From a bacterium (GTDB taxonomy: Bacteria > UBA8248): a stretch of 64,000 bases of DNA. Under the pieces are notes generated by a model, which did no database searches, was not told the DNA's origin, and worked only from the letters and a program-made list of their open reading frames with translations. The DNA is taken from positions 2,944,001 to 3,008,000 of the forward strand of contig OZ241326.1 in the NCBI GenBank assembly GCA_965199855.1. The letters run 5' to 3'. Positions 19,793-29,446 of the stretch are shown here, piece by piece (within the stretch, counting starts at the first letter, position 1; the number at the start of each line of letters is the position of its first letter). Both the position numbers and the translations under genes were made by a program.

Positions 19793-20961
19793 ACGCCATC
19801 TACATGGACCACAACGCGACCACGCCGGCCCGCCCGGAAGTCCTGGCCGCGATGCGGCCCTATCTCGCCGCGAAATTCGGAAACCCGAACAGCGTCCACC
19901 GATACGGGCGCGAAGCCAGGGCCGCGGTCGAAGACGCGCGGGAGCGCGCGGCGGCGCTCATCGGCGCGGAGGACAGCGAGGAGATCTTCTTCACCTCGGG
20001 CGGAACGGAGAGCGACAACTGGGCACTTCGGGGCGTCGTTTCTGCCGAGGGCGCCGCCGGGAGCCACATCGTCGCCACCCAGGTCGAGCACGAGGCCGTC
20101 CTCGCCGCGTGCCGGACGCTGGAGGCGGAGGGGGCGGAGGTCACCCGCCTGAAGCCCGACGGGGAGGGGCGCGTCTCGGCGGACGACGTGGCCGCGGCGA
20201 TTCGCCCGAACACGAAGCTCGTCTCCGTCATGTGGGGCAACAACGAGGTCGGCGTTCTTCAGCCGATCCACGAAATCGGCGCCGTCTGCCGGGAGCGCGG
20301 GGTCCCGCTCCACACCGACGCCGTCCAGGCACTCGGCAAGGAGGCCATCGACGTTCAGCGGGCGGGCGTGTCCCTGCTCTCCGCCAGCGGCCACAAGATA
20401 AACGGCTGCAAGGGCGCGGGGTTTCTCTACGTCAAAAGGGGAGTCAGGCTCGACCCTCTCGTCCTGGGCGGCGGGCAGGAGCGGAATCTGCGATCCGGCA
20501 CGGAAAACGTGGCCGGCATCGTCGCCATGGGAGAGGCGTGCCGCATAGCGAAGGAGGAGCGCCCGCAGTTCTCGGAGCGTCTTCGCGCCCTGAGGGATCG
20601 CCTGGAGAGCGAGGTCTGCGAGCGCGTTCCCGACGTGCTGGTCAACGGCGATCCGGAGCGCAGGCTTCCCGGAACCTCGAACCTCGGGTTCCTCGGCGCG
20701 GAGGGCGAAACCCTCCTGATTCGCCTCGATCTGGAGGGCATCGCCGTGAGCACCGGCGCCGCGTGCAGCTCGGGCTCCCCGGAGCCCAGCCACGTTCTGC
20801 TGGCGATGGGCCTCCCCAGGGAGGCCGTTCAGGGATCGGTGCGGTTCAGCCTCGGACTCGGAAACTCGGACGAGGACATCGACCGCCTGCTCGAAGTCCT
20901 GCCGGAGGCCGTCGGCAAGGTCCGCGAGATGGCGCCCGGCCCGAAGCCGGCGGGAGCGTGA
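19789..20961 (+). CDS. iscS: Cysteine desulfurase (IscS/NifS)
   Basis: [41 protein letters not shown]. Confidence 0.93.
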   Translation: MNAIYMDHNATTPARPEVLAAMRPYLAAKFGNPNSVHRYGREARAAVEDARERAAALIGAEDSEEIFFTSGGTESDNWALRGVVSAEGAAGSHIVATQVEHEAVLAACRTLEAEGAEVTRLKPDGEGRVSADDVAAAIRPNTKLVSVMWGNNEVGVLQPIHEIGAVCRERGVPLHTDAVQALGKEAIDVQRAGVSLLSASGHKINGCKGAGFLYVKRGVRLDPLVLGGGQERNLRSGTENVAGIVAMGEACRIAKEERPQFSERLRALRDRLESEVCERVPDVLVNGDPERRLPGTSNLGFLGAEGETLLIRLDLEGIAVSTGAACSSGSPEPSHVLLAMGLPREAVQGSVRFSLGLGNSDEDIDRLLEVLPEAVGKVREMAPGPKPAGA

Positions 20962-21365
20962 GGAGCGCCTTGGCGCCGAGAGACGACTACCACTACAGCG
21001 AGACCGCGCTCGCCCACATAGCGAATCCGCGCAACGTGGGCGTCATCGAGGACGCGGACGCCGAGGGAAGCGGAGCGAACCCCGTCTGCGGCGACGAGGT
21101 GACGCTCTATCTGAAATTCGAGGACGGCGTCGTCTCGGAGGCGAAGATGAAAATCCTGGGCTGCGGGGCGATCACCGCGGCGATGAGCTCGCTGACGGAG
21201 CTGGCGCGCGGCAGGACGGCCGGGGAGCTCGGGCGCATCACGGCGGAGGAGATCGCCGAAAGCGTGGGCGGGCTTCCCTCCCACAAGCGCCACTGCGCCG
21301 CCCTCGCCCGGCGCGTGCTCCAGAACGCCCTCAAATCCGGGGGCGCGGCCCGGCGCCTCCCGTGA
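20958..21365 (+). CDS. iscU: Fe-S cluster scaffold (IscU/NifU-N)
   Basis: NPRNVG, NPVCGD, GCGA, LPSHKRHC. Confidence 0.88.
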   Translation: MRSALAPRDDYHYSETALAHIANPRNVGVIEDADAEGSGANPVCGDEVTLYLKFEDGVVSEAKMKILGCGAITAAMSSLTELARGRTAGELGRITAEEIAESVGGLPSHKRHCAALARRVLQNALKSGGAARRLP

Positions 21366-21823
21366 GATCGCCCCGGCAGGTGAAAGTCCTGAAGCTCGAG
21401 GGGTTCAGGGGCTGGGGGTTGCGCGACGGGGAGCGCGCCACGCCCGGGCGCATCGGCCTCCTCCAGGCCCGCCTGCTCAAAATCTGCGGGAGCCTTCCCC
21501 GAACGGGCCCCGCCTTCGGCCTCGACCACGGAGAGAAGGGCTACGAGGCCTGCTGGAGGGCGCCCATGGAGCTGCCCGCCCCAGCGGAGCTCCATGAAGC
21601 GGCCGCGCCGGGCGGATGGTATGCCGCGGCGGCCCACCATGGCGGCTACGACGCGATGGGCGACGCCCTGGCGGACGTCCTCGCCCGATGGCTGCCCCAC
21701 AGCGGCTTCGGGCGAGCGGAAGGCCCCGTGGTGTATCTCTACCTGACCGACCCCCGGGAAGCGGCGGAGGCCGACCTCCGGACCGAAATCCGCGTTCCCG
21801 TCGTCCCCGACCCGATTGAATGA
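21362..21823 (+). CDS. GyrI-like small-molecule-binding protein
   Basis: PGGWYAAAAHHGGYD, WLPHSG, YLTDP..DLRTEIRVP. Confidence 0.7.
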   Translation: MRSPRQVKVLKLEGFRGWGLRDGERATPGRIGLLQARLLKICGSLPRTGPAFGLDHGEKGYEACWRAPMELPAPAELHEAAAPGGWYAAAAHHGGYDAMGDALADVLARWLPHSGFGRAEGPVVYLYLTDPREAAEADLRTEIRVPVVPDPIE

Positions 21824-21984
21824 TCGCCTTCATGGACGGCGGCGTTTCCCCGCAGCCCGGAGAGGGGAGGCGGCGCGGCGGCCCACGCCTGGCCGTCGGC
21901 CGTCATGGACGGCGCGAAAGCGGGGCCCGGGCGCGACGGAGGGGCGTTGCGCGCCGTCCCGCCCGCTCCCGACTGTTCAGGCTT

Positions 21985-22311
21985 CTATTTTTTGGACTCG
22001 ACCGGGGGAGGGAGCCTCAGCAGGATAATTTCAAACTTCCTGTCGAACTTTTCGTCCAGCCGCTTTATGTCTTTTCGCACTTCTTTTAGTTCCGCCTTCA
22101 GTTCTTTTTTCACCTCCTCGATTTTCTCCACGACAACGTCTATGCGCCCGTCCATTCTTTTGACTTCAGAGGCGAGCCGAACCCTGACCGGAGCGACCTG
22201 GGCGACAACCACGCTTTCCGTCCAGGCGTAGATTCCGCTCCCGGCGGCTATCAGAAACAGCCCGAACGTCCAGAAGCCCGCGTGTTCCTTTATCCAGGCG
22301 ATTGTTTTCAA
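21985..22311 (-). CDS. Small membrane-anchored coiled-coil protein (AT-richer than host genes)
   Basis: N-terminal TM helix, then K/E-rich heptads; GGAG RBS upstream of TTG start. Confidence 0.7.
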   Translation of the reverse strand: MKTIAWIKEHAGFWTFGLFLIAAGSGIYAWTESVVVAQVAPVRVRLASEVKRMDGRIDVVVEKIEEVKKELKAELKEVRKDIKRLDEKFDRKFEIILLRLPPPVESKK

Positions 22312-22466
22312 TTTCAGACTCCTTCTCCAGCCCCTCGCCCATGGAATATACGGCCTTCCGCCTTATGGAGCAAGAGAGGGCGATTCCCGAAAGAAGCGGG
22401 AGGGAGAAGCGCGGTCGGCGCCCGACAAGCCGCTTCCCCGCCCCTTGTCTCGAGCGAGCCGGCCCC

Positions 22467-25406
22467 TCACGCCTTCGTGATTCGGCACAGCAGGCTTTTC
22501 AGATTCGTCTGATCCGACACCGGGTCCCTCTGCGCGCCGTCCGTCAGGAAGTTCACGGAGCGCCAGGGGTGGTAGGGCTGGCGCTCGCCCCAGCCGATGG
22601 GGATGAACACCGAATCCTCCCGGATGCCCGCGCTCACCCAGGCCATCGCCTCGATGGCGCCGCGCGCCGTCTCGACCCTCACCCTCTCGCCGTCCCCGAT
22701 TCCGAGCGCCTCCGCCTTTCGGGGGTGCAGCTGGCAGTAGAGGTCCGGCCACATCTCCTGCGCCTGCCAGAAATAGTGCGTCCAGCTGTGGAAATGGGGC
22801 GCGGGCGGACGGCCCGTTATCAGCGTCGCCTCGAAGCCCCTGCGGCGCAGCTCCTCGCCCGGGCTCGACTCGTCCGGCTGAACGATGCGGGCGGCGCGCG
22901 AGCCGGTCGGCGCTTTGCTGAAGGGCGAGAGAACCTCCAGGTCGTCGTCCTCGCGCTCGTATTCGAGATGGGGCAGCCGCCATGCGTTCTCCCTCTCGCC
23001 GTAGAACTCCGGCAGCGCGGAGAGGCCGACCCGCGCGAATTTCTCCTCCAGCGCCTCCGTCCAGAACTCGAGCCGCCCGCTCGGGGTGGGGAAGCGCCTG
23101 CCCTCGGGCTGGCCCGCGGCCGTCGTCCCCTCGAGATAGAGCGTCTCCTGCTCGGGGGCGTCCTCGCTCGCCACGGGAAAGCGCACCCAGCGGTAAGGAA
23201 CCGAGTGGAGCCTCTTCTGCGTCACCCCCCGCAGAAAGTCGTTGTCGATGCACATCTCGTCCCAGAACTTTCCGGGATCCTTGTATTCCTCCTTCATCAC
23301 GTCGCCGAAGCCCAGGCGCCTGCCGAGCTCCGTCCATATCCACCCGTCGGGCTTGGCCTCCCCCGGCGGGTCGATCATCTTGTCTATCCACACGATCCGC
23401 CTGTCGTCGTTCGTGCGGCCGGGCTCCCCCTTCTCGATGCCCCCCGCCGCGGGCAGCACGTAGTCCGCGAAGGCCGAGGTCTCGTTCTGGAACAGCTCGA
23501 CGTGGACGATGAGGTCGAGCGCCCGGAAGGCCGCGCGCGCCTCCTCCTGGCCCGGCCACTGCGCCATGGGGTTGTTGCACGCGATGAGGCCCCGGAGGGG
23601 ATACGGCTTCCCCTCGCGCATGGCGTCCAGCCAGCCGGCCGGGCTTCTGCGGACCATCGGCCGCCGAATCTTCGCCCTTCTCTCCTCCGGGGCGTCGGCG
23701 GCGATGGGCGGCCCCGCCGTCATGTTCACGTAGGCACCTCCCCTGCGGCCCCAGTTTCCCGTTATGGCGGCCACGAACATCAGCGCCCGGTTGGCCTGAA
23801 CCGAATTGGAGTGCTGGTTGACGCCCCGGCTCGCGAAGATGACGCAGCCCTCCGCGCGGGCGACCTCCTCCGCCAGCGCGCGGATTTCTCCCGCGGCTAT
23901 CCCCGTCACGCCCTCCGCCCAGTCGGGCGAATACCCCTTCGAGAAGAGGAAGTCGCGCCAGCGCTCCCAGCCGAGAACCCACGCCTCGCAAAACGCCCGG
24001 TCGTGCAGATCCTCCGAGAGGACGTGGTGCGCCATGGCCAGCCCCAGCGCCATGTCGGTGCCCGGGCGGATGGCGAGCCACTTGTCCGCCCTGCTCGCCG
24101 TCGCGGTGCATCGGGGGTCCACCACCACCATCCTCGCGCCGCTGCGGATGCGCCAGTCGTTCACCTTGCCGAAATAGACCGGGCGCGTCTCGGCCTGGTT
24201 GTCCCCGACGTAGAGATACATCCGCGCGCTGCCGATATCCCCGGGCGTGTAGCTGTTTCCGCCGCCGTTGATCCCCTGCGTCACCTCGTAGGCGACCACC
24301 TTGCCCGCCGCGCAGAAGGGGTCCGTCCCCTGGAGGTTGGGGGTTCCCCACATCTGGCTGAACAGCCGCGCGTAGCCCTTCTGGGTGATGAGCCCCGTGC
24401 GGGTTCCCACGAAGAGCGCGAGCGCCTCCGGCCCCCACCGCTCCCTGAGCGCCATGAGCTTCCGCGCTATCTCGTCGAGCGCCTGCTCCCAGCCGACGCG
24501 CTCGAACTCGCCCGCGCCGCGGCGGCCGACCCGCTTGAGGGGATGGAGCAGGCGATGCTCGCTGTGGTGCATCTGAAGCGCGAACTGCGCCTTGGGGCAG
24601 ATCTTCCCGCCCAGGACGGGGTCCTCCTCGTTTCCCGTCACGTTGATGAGCCTCTCGCCCTGGAAGTGAAACTTCGCGCTACAGCAGTTGAAGCAGAAGG
24701 CGCAGCCCCCGGGGACGACCCTGTCCGCCTTGAGGGTCTCCTTCTCGCGCCCGTAGGGAAACCGCGCGCCGCGTCCCTCGAACGCGGCGGCCGCGGAGGG
24801 GGCGTCCGCGAAGCGGGGACGCCCGGAGGGAGGCGCCCCGCCTTCCTCCTTCGCGCCGCCCGGCCGCTCGATTCTTTCCAGATAGATCGTCTGCGGCTTC
24901 AGGAGAAAATGATCGTGATCCCGAAGGCGGCGCCCCTCTCCCTCCGCCTTCGCCAGAAGCGCCTCCCGCTCCCCGAAGGAGATGGCGAAGCCCGGGCAGA
25001 CTTCGGCGCAGGCGGGCGTCCGCCCCTCCTCGCGCCTTTCGGGGCACAGGTCGCACTTCACCGCGTGGTGCCCTTTGGCGTCGTAGCCCATCGCGCTGTA
25101 GGGACACGCCAGGACGCACTCCCCGCAGCCCGTGCAGAGCGCCTCGTCCACCGCCACGACGCCGGTGTCCGCGTCCTTCGATATCGCCTTGGGGTGGACG
25201 GGACAGGCGCGCAGGCAGGCGGGCCGCTCGCAGTGCTGGCAGGTGAGGGTGAGGAAGTCGGGCGCGCCCGTGGAGGCGTCGCCCAGCCAGACCACCTTGT
25301 TGCGGTATTCGCCGGGCCCCAGCCGGTGCTCCTGCTTGCAGGCCGCCTCGCAGCTCTTGCAGCCGAAGCACCGCTCCAGATCCACCATCAGCGCCAGCTG
25401 GCTCAA
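22467..25406 (-). CDS. Molybdopterin oxidoreductase with fused N-terminal DmsB-like multi-[4Fe-4S] ferredoxin domain
   Basis: N-terminal CFGCKSCEAAC, CQHCERPACLRACP, CTGCGECVLACP, KCDLC/PACAEVCP; then CAFCFNCC..ICPK, RLLHPLKR, VVVDPR, IRPGTD, FADYVLP, C-terminal MGD-binding domain. Confidence 0.9.
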   Translation of the reverse strand: MSQLALMVDLERCFGCKSCEAACKQEHRLGPGEYRNKVVWLGDASTGAPDFLTLTCQHCERPACLRACPVHPKAISKDADTGVVAVDEALCTGCGECVLACPYSAMGYDAKGHHAVKCDLCPERREEGRTPACAEVCPGFAISFGEREALLAKAEGEGRRLRDHDHFLLKPQTIYLERIERPGGAKEEGGAPPSGRPRFADAPSAAAAFEGRGARFPYGREKETLKADRVVPGGCAFCFNCCSAKFHFQGERLINVTGNEEDPVLGGKICPKAQFALQMHHSEHRLLHPLKRVGRRGAGEFERVGWEQALDEIARKLMALRERWGPEALALFVGTRTGLITQKGYARLFSQMWGTPNLQGTDPFCAAGKVVAYEVTQGINGGGNSYTPGDIGSARMYLYVGDNQAETRPVYFGKVNDWRIRSGARMVVVDPRCTATASRADKWLAIRPGTDMALGLAMAHHVLSEDLHDRAFCEAWVLGWERWRDFLFSKGYSPDWAEGVTGIAAGEIRALAEEVARAEGCVIFASRGVNQHSNSVQANRALMFVAAITGNWGRRGGAYVNMTAGPPIAADAPEERRAKIRRPMVRRSPAGWLDAMREGKPYPLRGLIACNNPMAQWPGQEEARAAFRALDLIVHVELFQNETSAFADYVLPAAGGIEKGEPGRTNDDRRIVWIDKMIDPPGEAKPDGWIWTELGRRLGFGDVMKEEYKDPGKFWDEMCIDNDFLRGVTQKRLHSVPYRWVRFPVASEDAPEQETLYLEGTTAAGQPEGRRFPTPSGRLEFWTEALEEKFARVGLSALPEFYGERENAWRLPHLEYEREDDDLEVLSPFSKAPTGSRAARIVQPDESSPGEELRRRGFEATLITGRPPAPHFHSWTHYFWQAQEMWPDLYCQLHPRKAEALGIGDGERVRVETARGAIEAMAWVSAGIREDSVFIPIGWGERQPYHPWRSVNFLTDGAQRDPVSDQTNLKSLLCRITKA

Positions 25407-25431
25407 GAGTCTCTCCTCAAGGGCGCGCGGA

Positions 25432-26211
25432 CTACCACTTCGCCAGATGCCACCAGTATATCTCTCCCCCGCCGGAGACGTAGCCCGCGAAAAAGGTGAC
25501 GGCGACGACGTGCGCCGCCATTCCGAGAATGAAGAGAACCGCCAGCGCGACGTGCGCCAGCCGCCAGCGCGCCTGGAGGAGGGAGGCGCGCGAGCGTCCC
25601 CCCAGCAGCGCCCTCTCCCGCGCGGCGAGCCGCGCGTAGGAGAACGCGAGGCGGGGCCTGGCGAGCCAGTGCCCGAGCGTGGGGGAGAAAACGCCCTCGC
25701 TCGCTCCCGGCTCCAGCCTGGACAGGAGGGCTTCCTTCTCCCGAATCAGGCGCGCCACGCGCTCGCGGCCGGCCGCGTCCGGCGGAGAAGAGGAGAAGGA
25801 GTCCTCCCGCGCGGCGAAGGCCGCCGCCATGCCCCTTGCGCCGCGGACGCGCGCCCATACGCCCAGAATCACCAAGAGCAGCAGCGCGGCGAGCAGCAGC
25901 GCCGGCGCGTAGCGGAGGAGCCCGCCCGAGTGGATCGCCGCCAGCGCGCCGCCCAGGGTGGCCGTCACCACGTGGGCGGAGAACCAGCCGAGGGGCGAGC
26001 CGCCCCGGCCCGTGCGCTTGACGAGCACGAAGACCAGGGAGACGCACAGGAGGAGGGCGCCGGCGGCGCCGCACAGATACAGCGTCGGGGAGCCCGGCAG
26101 GCGCCACTCGGGCGGCAGCTCGCCGCGGAAGGCGAAGAAGGTGACCAGGGCGACCGCCGCCGCGAAGAGGAGGTAGGCGAGGAGCCTGTCGCCGATGTCG
26201 AGCCGCCGCAT
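25432..26211 (-). CDS. Polytopic membrane protein with transmembrane histidines (possible cytochrome b-like partner)
   Basis: WFSAHV, AAIHSG, WRLAHVAL, MAAHV in hydrophobic helices; directly upstream of the molybdoenzyme gene. Confidence 0.65.
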   Translation of the reverse strand: MRRLDIGDRLLAYLLFAAAVALVTFFAFRGELPPEWRLPGSPTLYLCGAAGALLLCVSLVFVLVKRTGRGGSPLGWFSAHVVTATLGGALAAIHSGGLLRYAPALLLAALLLLVILGVWARVRGARGMAAAFAAREDSFSSSPPDAAGRERVARLIREKEALLSRLEPGASEGVFSPTLGHWLARPRLAFSYARLAARERALLGGRSRASLLQARWRLAHVALAVLFILGMAAHVVAVTFFAGYVSGGGEIYWWHLAKW

Positions 26212-26216
26212 GGGGA

Positions 26217-26696
26217 TCAGGGAAATTCGATTTTGACGACGTCCACGATCTCGAAATTCCTCACCCCGCCCGGCAGCCGCACCGCGACCGCGTCGCCGGG
26301 CTCCTTCTGCATGATTCCGCGCGCGAGCGGCGCGCTGAAGGAGATGACCCCGTTGGGGAGGTCGCTCTCCTCCTCGCCCAGGATCTCGTAGGTGATCTCC
26401 TCGTCCCTGTCCAGATCGTGGAGGGTGACCCGCGTGCCGATGGTCACCTTCTCGCCCGAGACGGGGAGCTCCTCTATCAGGCTCGCCTCCCGAATCTTGT
26501 CCATGATGCGGCTCACCTCGTTCTTCAGGTTGCCCTGCAGCTCGATGGCCGCCTCCCATTCGGCGTTCTCGCTCAAATCGCCCAGGCTCGCCGCGCGGCC
26601 GATCTCCCGCGCCACCTCGCCCTTGAGGCGGCGCTGGATTTCCTCGACCCTCTGCCTCAGGGACTCGAGGCTCGTCCTCGTGATGTAATACGGCAT
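26217..26696 (-). CDS. greA: Transcription elongation factor GreA
   Basis: GDLSENAEWEAA, ISFSAPLARG. Confidence 0.92.
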   Translation of the reverse strand: MPYYITRTSLESLRQRVEEIQRRLKGEVAREIGRAASLGDLSENAEWEAAIELQGNLKNEVSRIMDKIREASLIEELPVSGEKVTIGTRVTLHDLDRDEEITYEILGEEESDLPNGVISFSAPLARGIMQKEPGDAVAVRLPGGVRNFEIVDVVKIEFP

Positions 26697-26715
26697 GTCT
26701 CCCTCGCCGCGCGCG

Positions 26716-27633
26716 TCAGGCGCCCCGCGGCGCTCCCGCCTTCAGCCGCTCCCGAAAGTCATACCCCGTCTCCTCCACGAACGCCTCCATCAGCCGCCGC
26801 GTGACGGGCCCCGGAACGGGCGCGGCCGGCCGGAAGCCGTCTATCTCGCGCACCGGCATGGCGCATATCGCGCTGGAGGTGATGAAATACTCGTCCGCCT
26901 GCGCCAGATCGTAGGTCGTGATGCCCCTTTCCTCCAGCGGAATCCCCAGGCGCGCGGCCAGCTCGAACACCGCAAGGCGGGTCACCCCCTGCAGCACGTT
27001 CCCCTCGGGCGGCGTCCACAGGGCGCCGTCCCTCACCATGAAGAAGTTGGCGACCGAGTTCTCCGCCACGCGGCCGTAAATGTCGAGCATCAGGGAGAGG
27101 GCGCCCGAGGCCGCCGCGTCCAGCTCCGCGAGAATCTGGTTCATCTTGCTCGTCACCTTCGCCCGCGTCTCCACGCACTCGGGCGGGTTGCGCCGCGTGG
27201 GCGTTATCGCCAGGCGCGCGCCGCGAAGGTAGCGCTCGGCGAAGGCGGCCACGTCCACCGGCCGCCAGAAGATGAACACCGAGGCGGGCCCCGCCGCCCC
27301 CGCCGCCATGGAGGGATCGTCCATCCCGCGCGTAACCCAGTGGCCGACGCGGTACATCGCGCCCTCCTCCAGGCGGCGAAGGTTCGCCTCCAGCGCGGCG
27401 AGGGTGGCGCGCCGCATCTCCTCCCTGTCGAGGCCGGCGTCGATGCGGACGTACCTGAGCGAGCGGTAGAGGCGCGCCAGATGATCGTCGAGCCGATACA
27501 GCTTGCCCGAGAAGCAGGGCGTGACCTCATACACCCCGTCTCCCCAGAGGAAGCCGCGGTCGAAGGGCGAGACCATGGCGGCGCTCTCCTCGATGATCTC
27601 GCCGTTGAGATAGACGAAGCGATCACCCGGCAT
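26716..27633 (-). CDS. Class IV aminotransferase (branched-chain/D-amino acid)
   Basis: FDRGFLWGDGVYE, DDHLARL, AENSVANFF, LQGVTR. Confidence 0.9.
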   Translation of the reverse strand: MPGDRFVYLNGEIIEESAAMVSPFDRGFLWGDGVYEVTPCFSGKLYRLDDHLARLYRSLRYVRIDAGLDREEMRRATLAALEANLRRLEEGAMYRVGHWVTRGMDDPSMAAGAAGPASVFIFWRPVDVAAFAERYLRGARLAITPTRRNPPECVETRAKVTSKMNQILAELDAAASGALSLMLDIYGRVAENSVANFFMVRDGALWTPPEGNVLQGVTRLAVFELAARLGIPLEERGITTYDLAQADEYFITSSAICAMPVREIDGFRPAAPVPGPVTRRLMEAFVEETGYDFRERLKAGAPRGA

Positions 27634-27842
27634 CGGGCGGCGTCCTCCACGCGCGTCAGCAGCAAAGAAAAGCGGGCCCGAAGCGTCGGGCGCGTGAGAA
27701 GCGAAGCGTCATTCTACATCCGCCCATCCTACGGGGAAAAGCCCGCCGGGGGAAGCCCGCCCGTCGGGATTCCGGGGGCGTCCCGCCGCATCCGCCGGCT
27801 CCGGCCGTGACCGGAGCGTCCCGGGGGAGGGCGCCGGGGCGG

Positions 27843-29435
27843 CTATTTCCGCCTTCCCCAGCCGCCGCCGCCGGGCGTCTCGAAGCGCACCCTGTCCCCG
27901 CGCCTCGCCCGGACGCGCGCCTTGCCGGGGAAGCGCCGCTTTTTGCCCCCGCGAATGAGCAGGTTCCTGCCCTTCATGCCCGGCTCGCCTCCCGCGAGGG
28001 GCCAGGGCGCCGTCTCGCGCCTCTCCGTCATGAACGAGACGGCGGCGTCGCCGAGCAGCTCGATTTCCCGGACGATGCCGTCGCCGCCCCGATGCGCGCC
28101 CCGGCCGCCGCTGCCCCGCCGGACGGCGTAGCGGCTCACCCGAAATGGATAGGCGTGCTCGAGCGCCTCGATCGGGGTGTTCAGCGTGTTGGTCAGGTGG
28201 GTGTGAATCGCGTCCTCGCCCGCGCCCCACGGCCCCGCGCCCATGCCGCCGCCCGTGGTCTCGTAGTAGGCGTATGGACGCCCCAGCCGGGGGCCGGGCC
28301 GGTGGTCGACGCCCCCTATCGTGAGGTTGTTCATCGTCCCGCAGGAGGCGGCGGGCACCCTGTCCGGGCGCGCCCGGGCGAGCGCGCCCAGAATCGCGTC
28401 CACCATCCGCTGGCTCGTCTCCACGTTGCCGCCGGCGACGGCGGCGGGAAACTCCGCGTTCACGACCGTGCCCGAGGGCGCGATCACCTCGATGGGCGCC
28501 ATGCACCCCGCGTTGTTCGGAATGTCGTAGGGCACCAGGCACCGCACGGCGTAGTAGGCCGCCGTGCGCGCGATGGACTCCACCGCGTTGACGCTGCCCC
28601 GCGTCTGCGGGGCGGAGCCCGAGTAGTCCACGCGCATCCTGGCGCCGCGGACGGCGATTTCCACCCGTATCGGAACGGGGCCGCTGCCGAAGCCGTCGTC
28701 GTCCATGAAGTCCTCGAAGCGGTAGCGCCCGTCGGGAATCTCCCGAATCGCCGCCTTCGTCAGGCGCTCGGCGTATCTCTGAAGCTCCACGGTGTAGCGC
28801 AGCGTCTCGGCGAGGCCGTGGCGCTCGACGATCTCCAGAAGGCGCCGCTCGCCCACGCGGTTGGCCGCGATTTGCGCGGCGATGTCCCCCCTGCGCTCCT
28901 CGGGCGTGCGCACGTTCGAGAGGATGAGGGCGAGGACGTCCTCCTGCGTCTCGCCCCGGCGGACGAGCCTCACCGGGGGAATCACCACCCCGTCCTGGAA
29001 TATCTCCGTCGTGATGCTCATCGAGCCGGGGGCGATGCCGCCCACGTCCGCGTGGTGCGCCCGGTTGGCGACGTAGTAGATCAGCTCCTCCCCGCCCCGC
29101 CTCCGGACGTGGACGGGCGATATCATCGTGATGTCCGGCAGGTGGTTTCCCCCGTGGAAGGGGTCGTTCAGCGCGACCACGTCGCCCGGCTCCAGCGTCA
29201 TGCGCTCGATGACGTATTCCACGGACATCGGCATGGAGCCCAGGTGCGCGGGCAGGTGCGCCGCCTGCGCCGCCATGCGCCCCCCGGCGTCGAAGACGGC
29301 GCACGAGTAGTCCTTCCTCTCCTTGATGTTGGGAGAGAAGGAGGAGCGGCACAGCGCCACGCCCATCTCCTCGGAGGCGGCGAACAGCAGGCTGCGAAAC
29401 ACCTCGAGGAGTATCGGGTCGCATCGTTCGGCCAT
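27843..29435 (-). CDS. Hydantoinase B / 5-oxoprolinase subunit
   Basis: SPNIKERKDYSCA, HLPAHLGSM, NDPFHGGNHLPD, HHADVGG, TPGGGGWG. Confidence 0.92.
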   Translation of the reverse strand: MAERCDPILLEVFRSLLFAASEEMGVALCRSSFSPNIKERKDYSCAVFDAGGRMAAQAAHLPAHLGSMPMSVEYVIERMTLEPGDVVALNDPFHGGNHLPDITMISPVHVRRRGGEELIYYVANRAHHADVGGIAPGSMSITTEIFQDGVVIPPVRLVRRGETQEDVLALILSNVRTPEERRGDIAAQIAANRVGERRLLEIVERHGLAETLRYTVELQRYAERLTKAAIREIPDGRYRFEDFMDDDGFGSGPVPIRVEIAVRGARMRVDYSGSAPQTRGSVNAVESIARTAAYYAVRCLVPYDIPNNAGCMAPIEVIAPSGTVVNAEFPAAVAGGNVETSQRMVDAILGALARARPDRVPAASCGTMNNLTIGGVDHRPGPRLGRPYAYYETTGGGMGAGPWGAGEDAIHTHLTNTLNTPIEALEHAYPFRVSRYAVRRGSGGRGAHRGGDGIVREIELLGDAAVSFMTERRETAPWPLAGGEPGMKGRNLLIRGGKKRRFPGKARVRARRGDRVRFETPGGGGWGRRK

Positions 29436-29446
29436 CGCGCGCCCCC

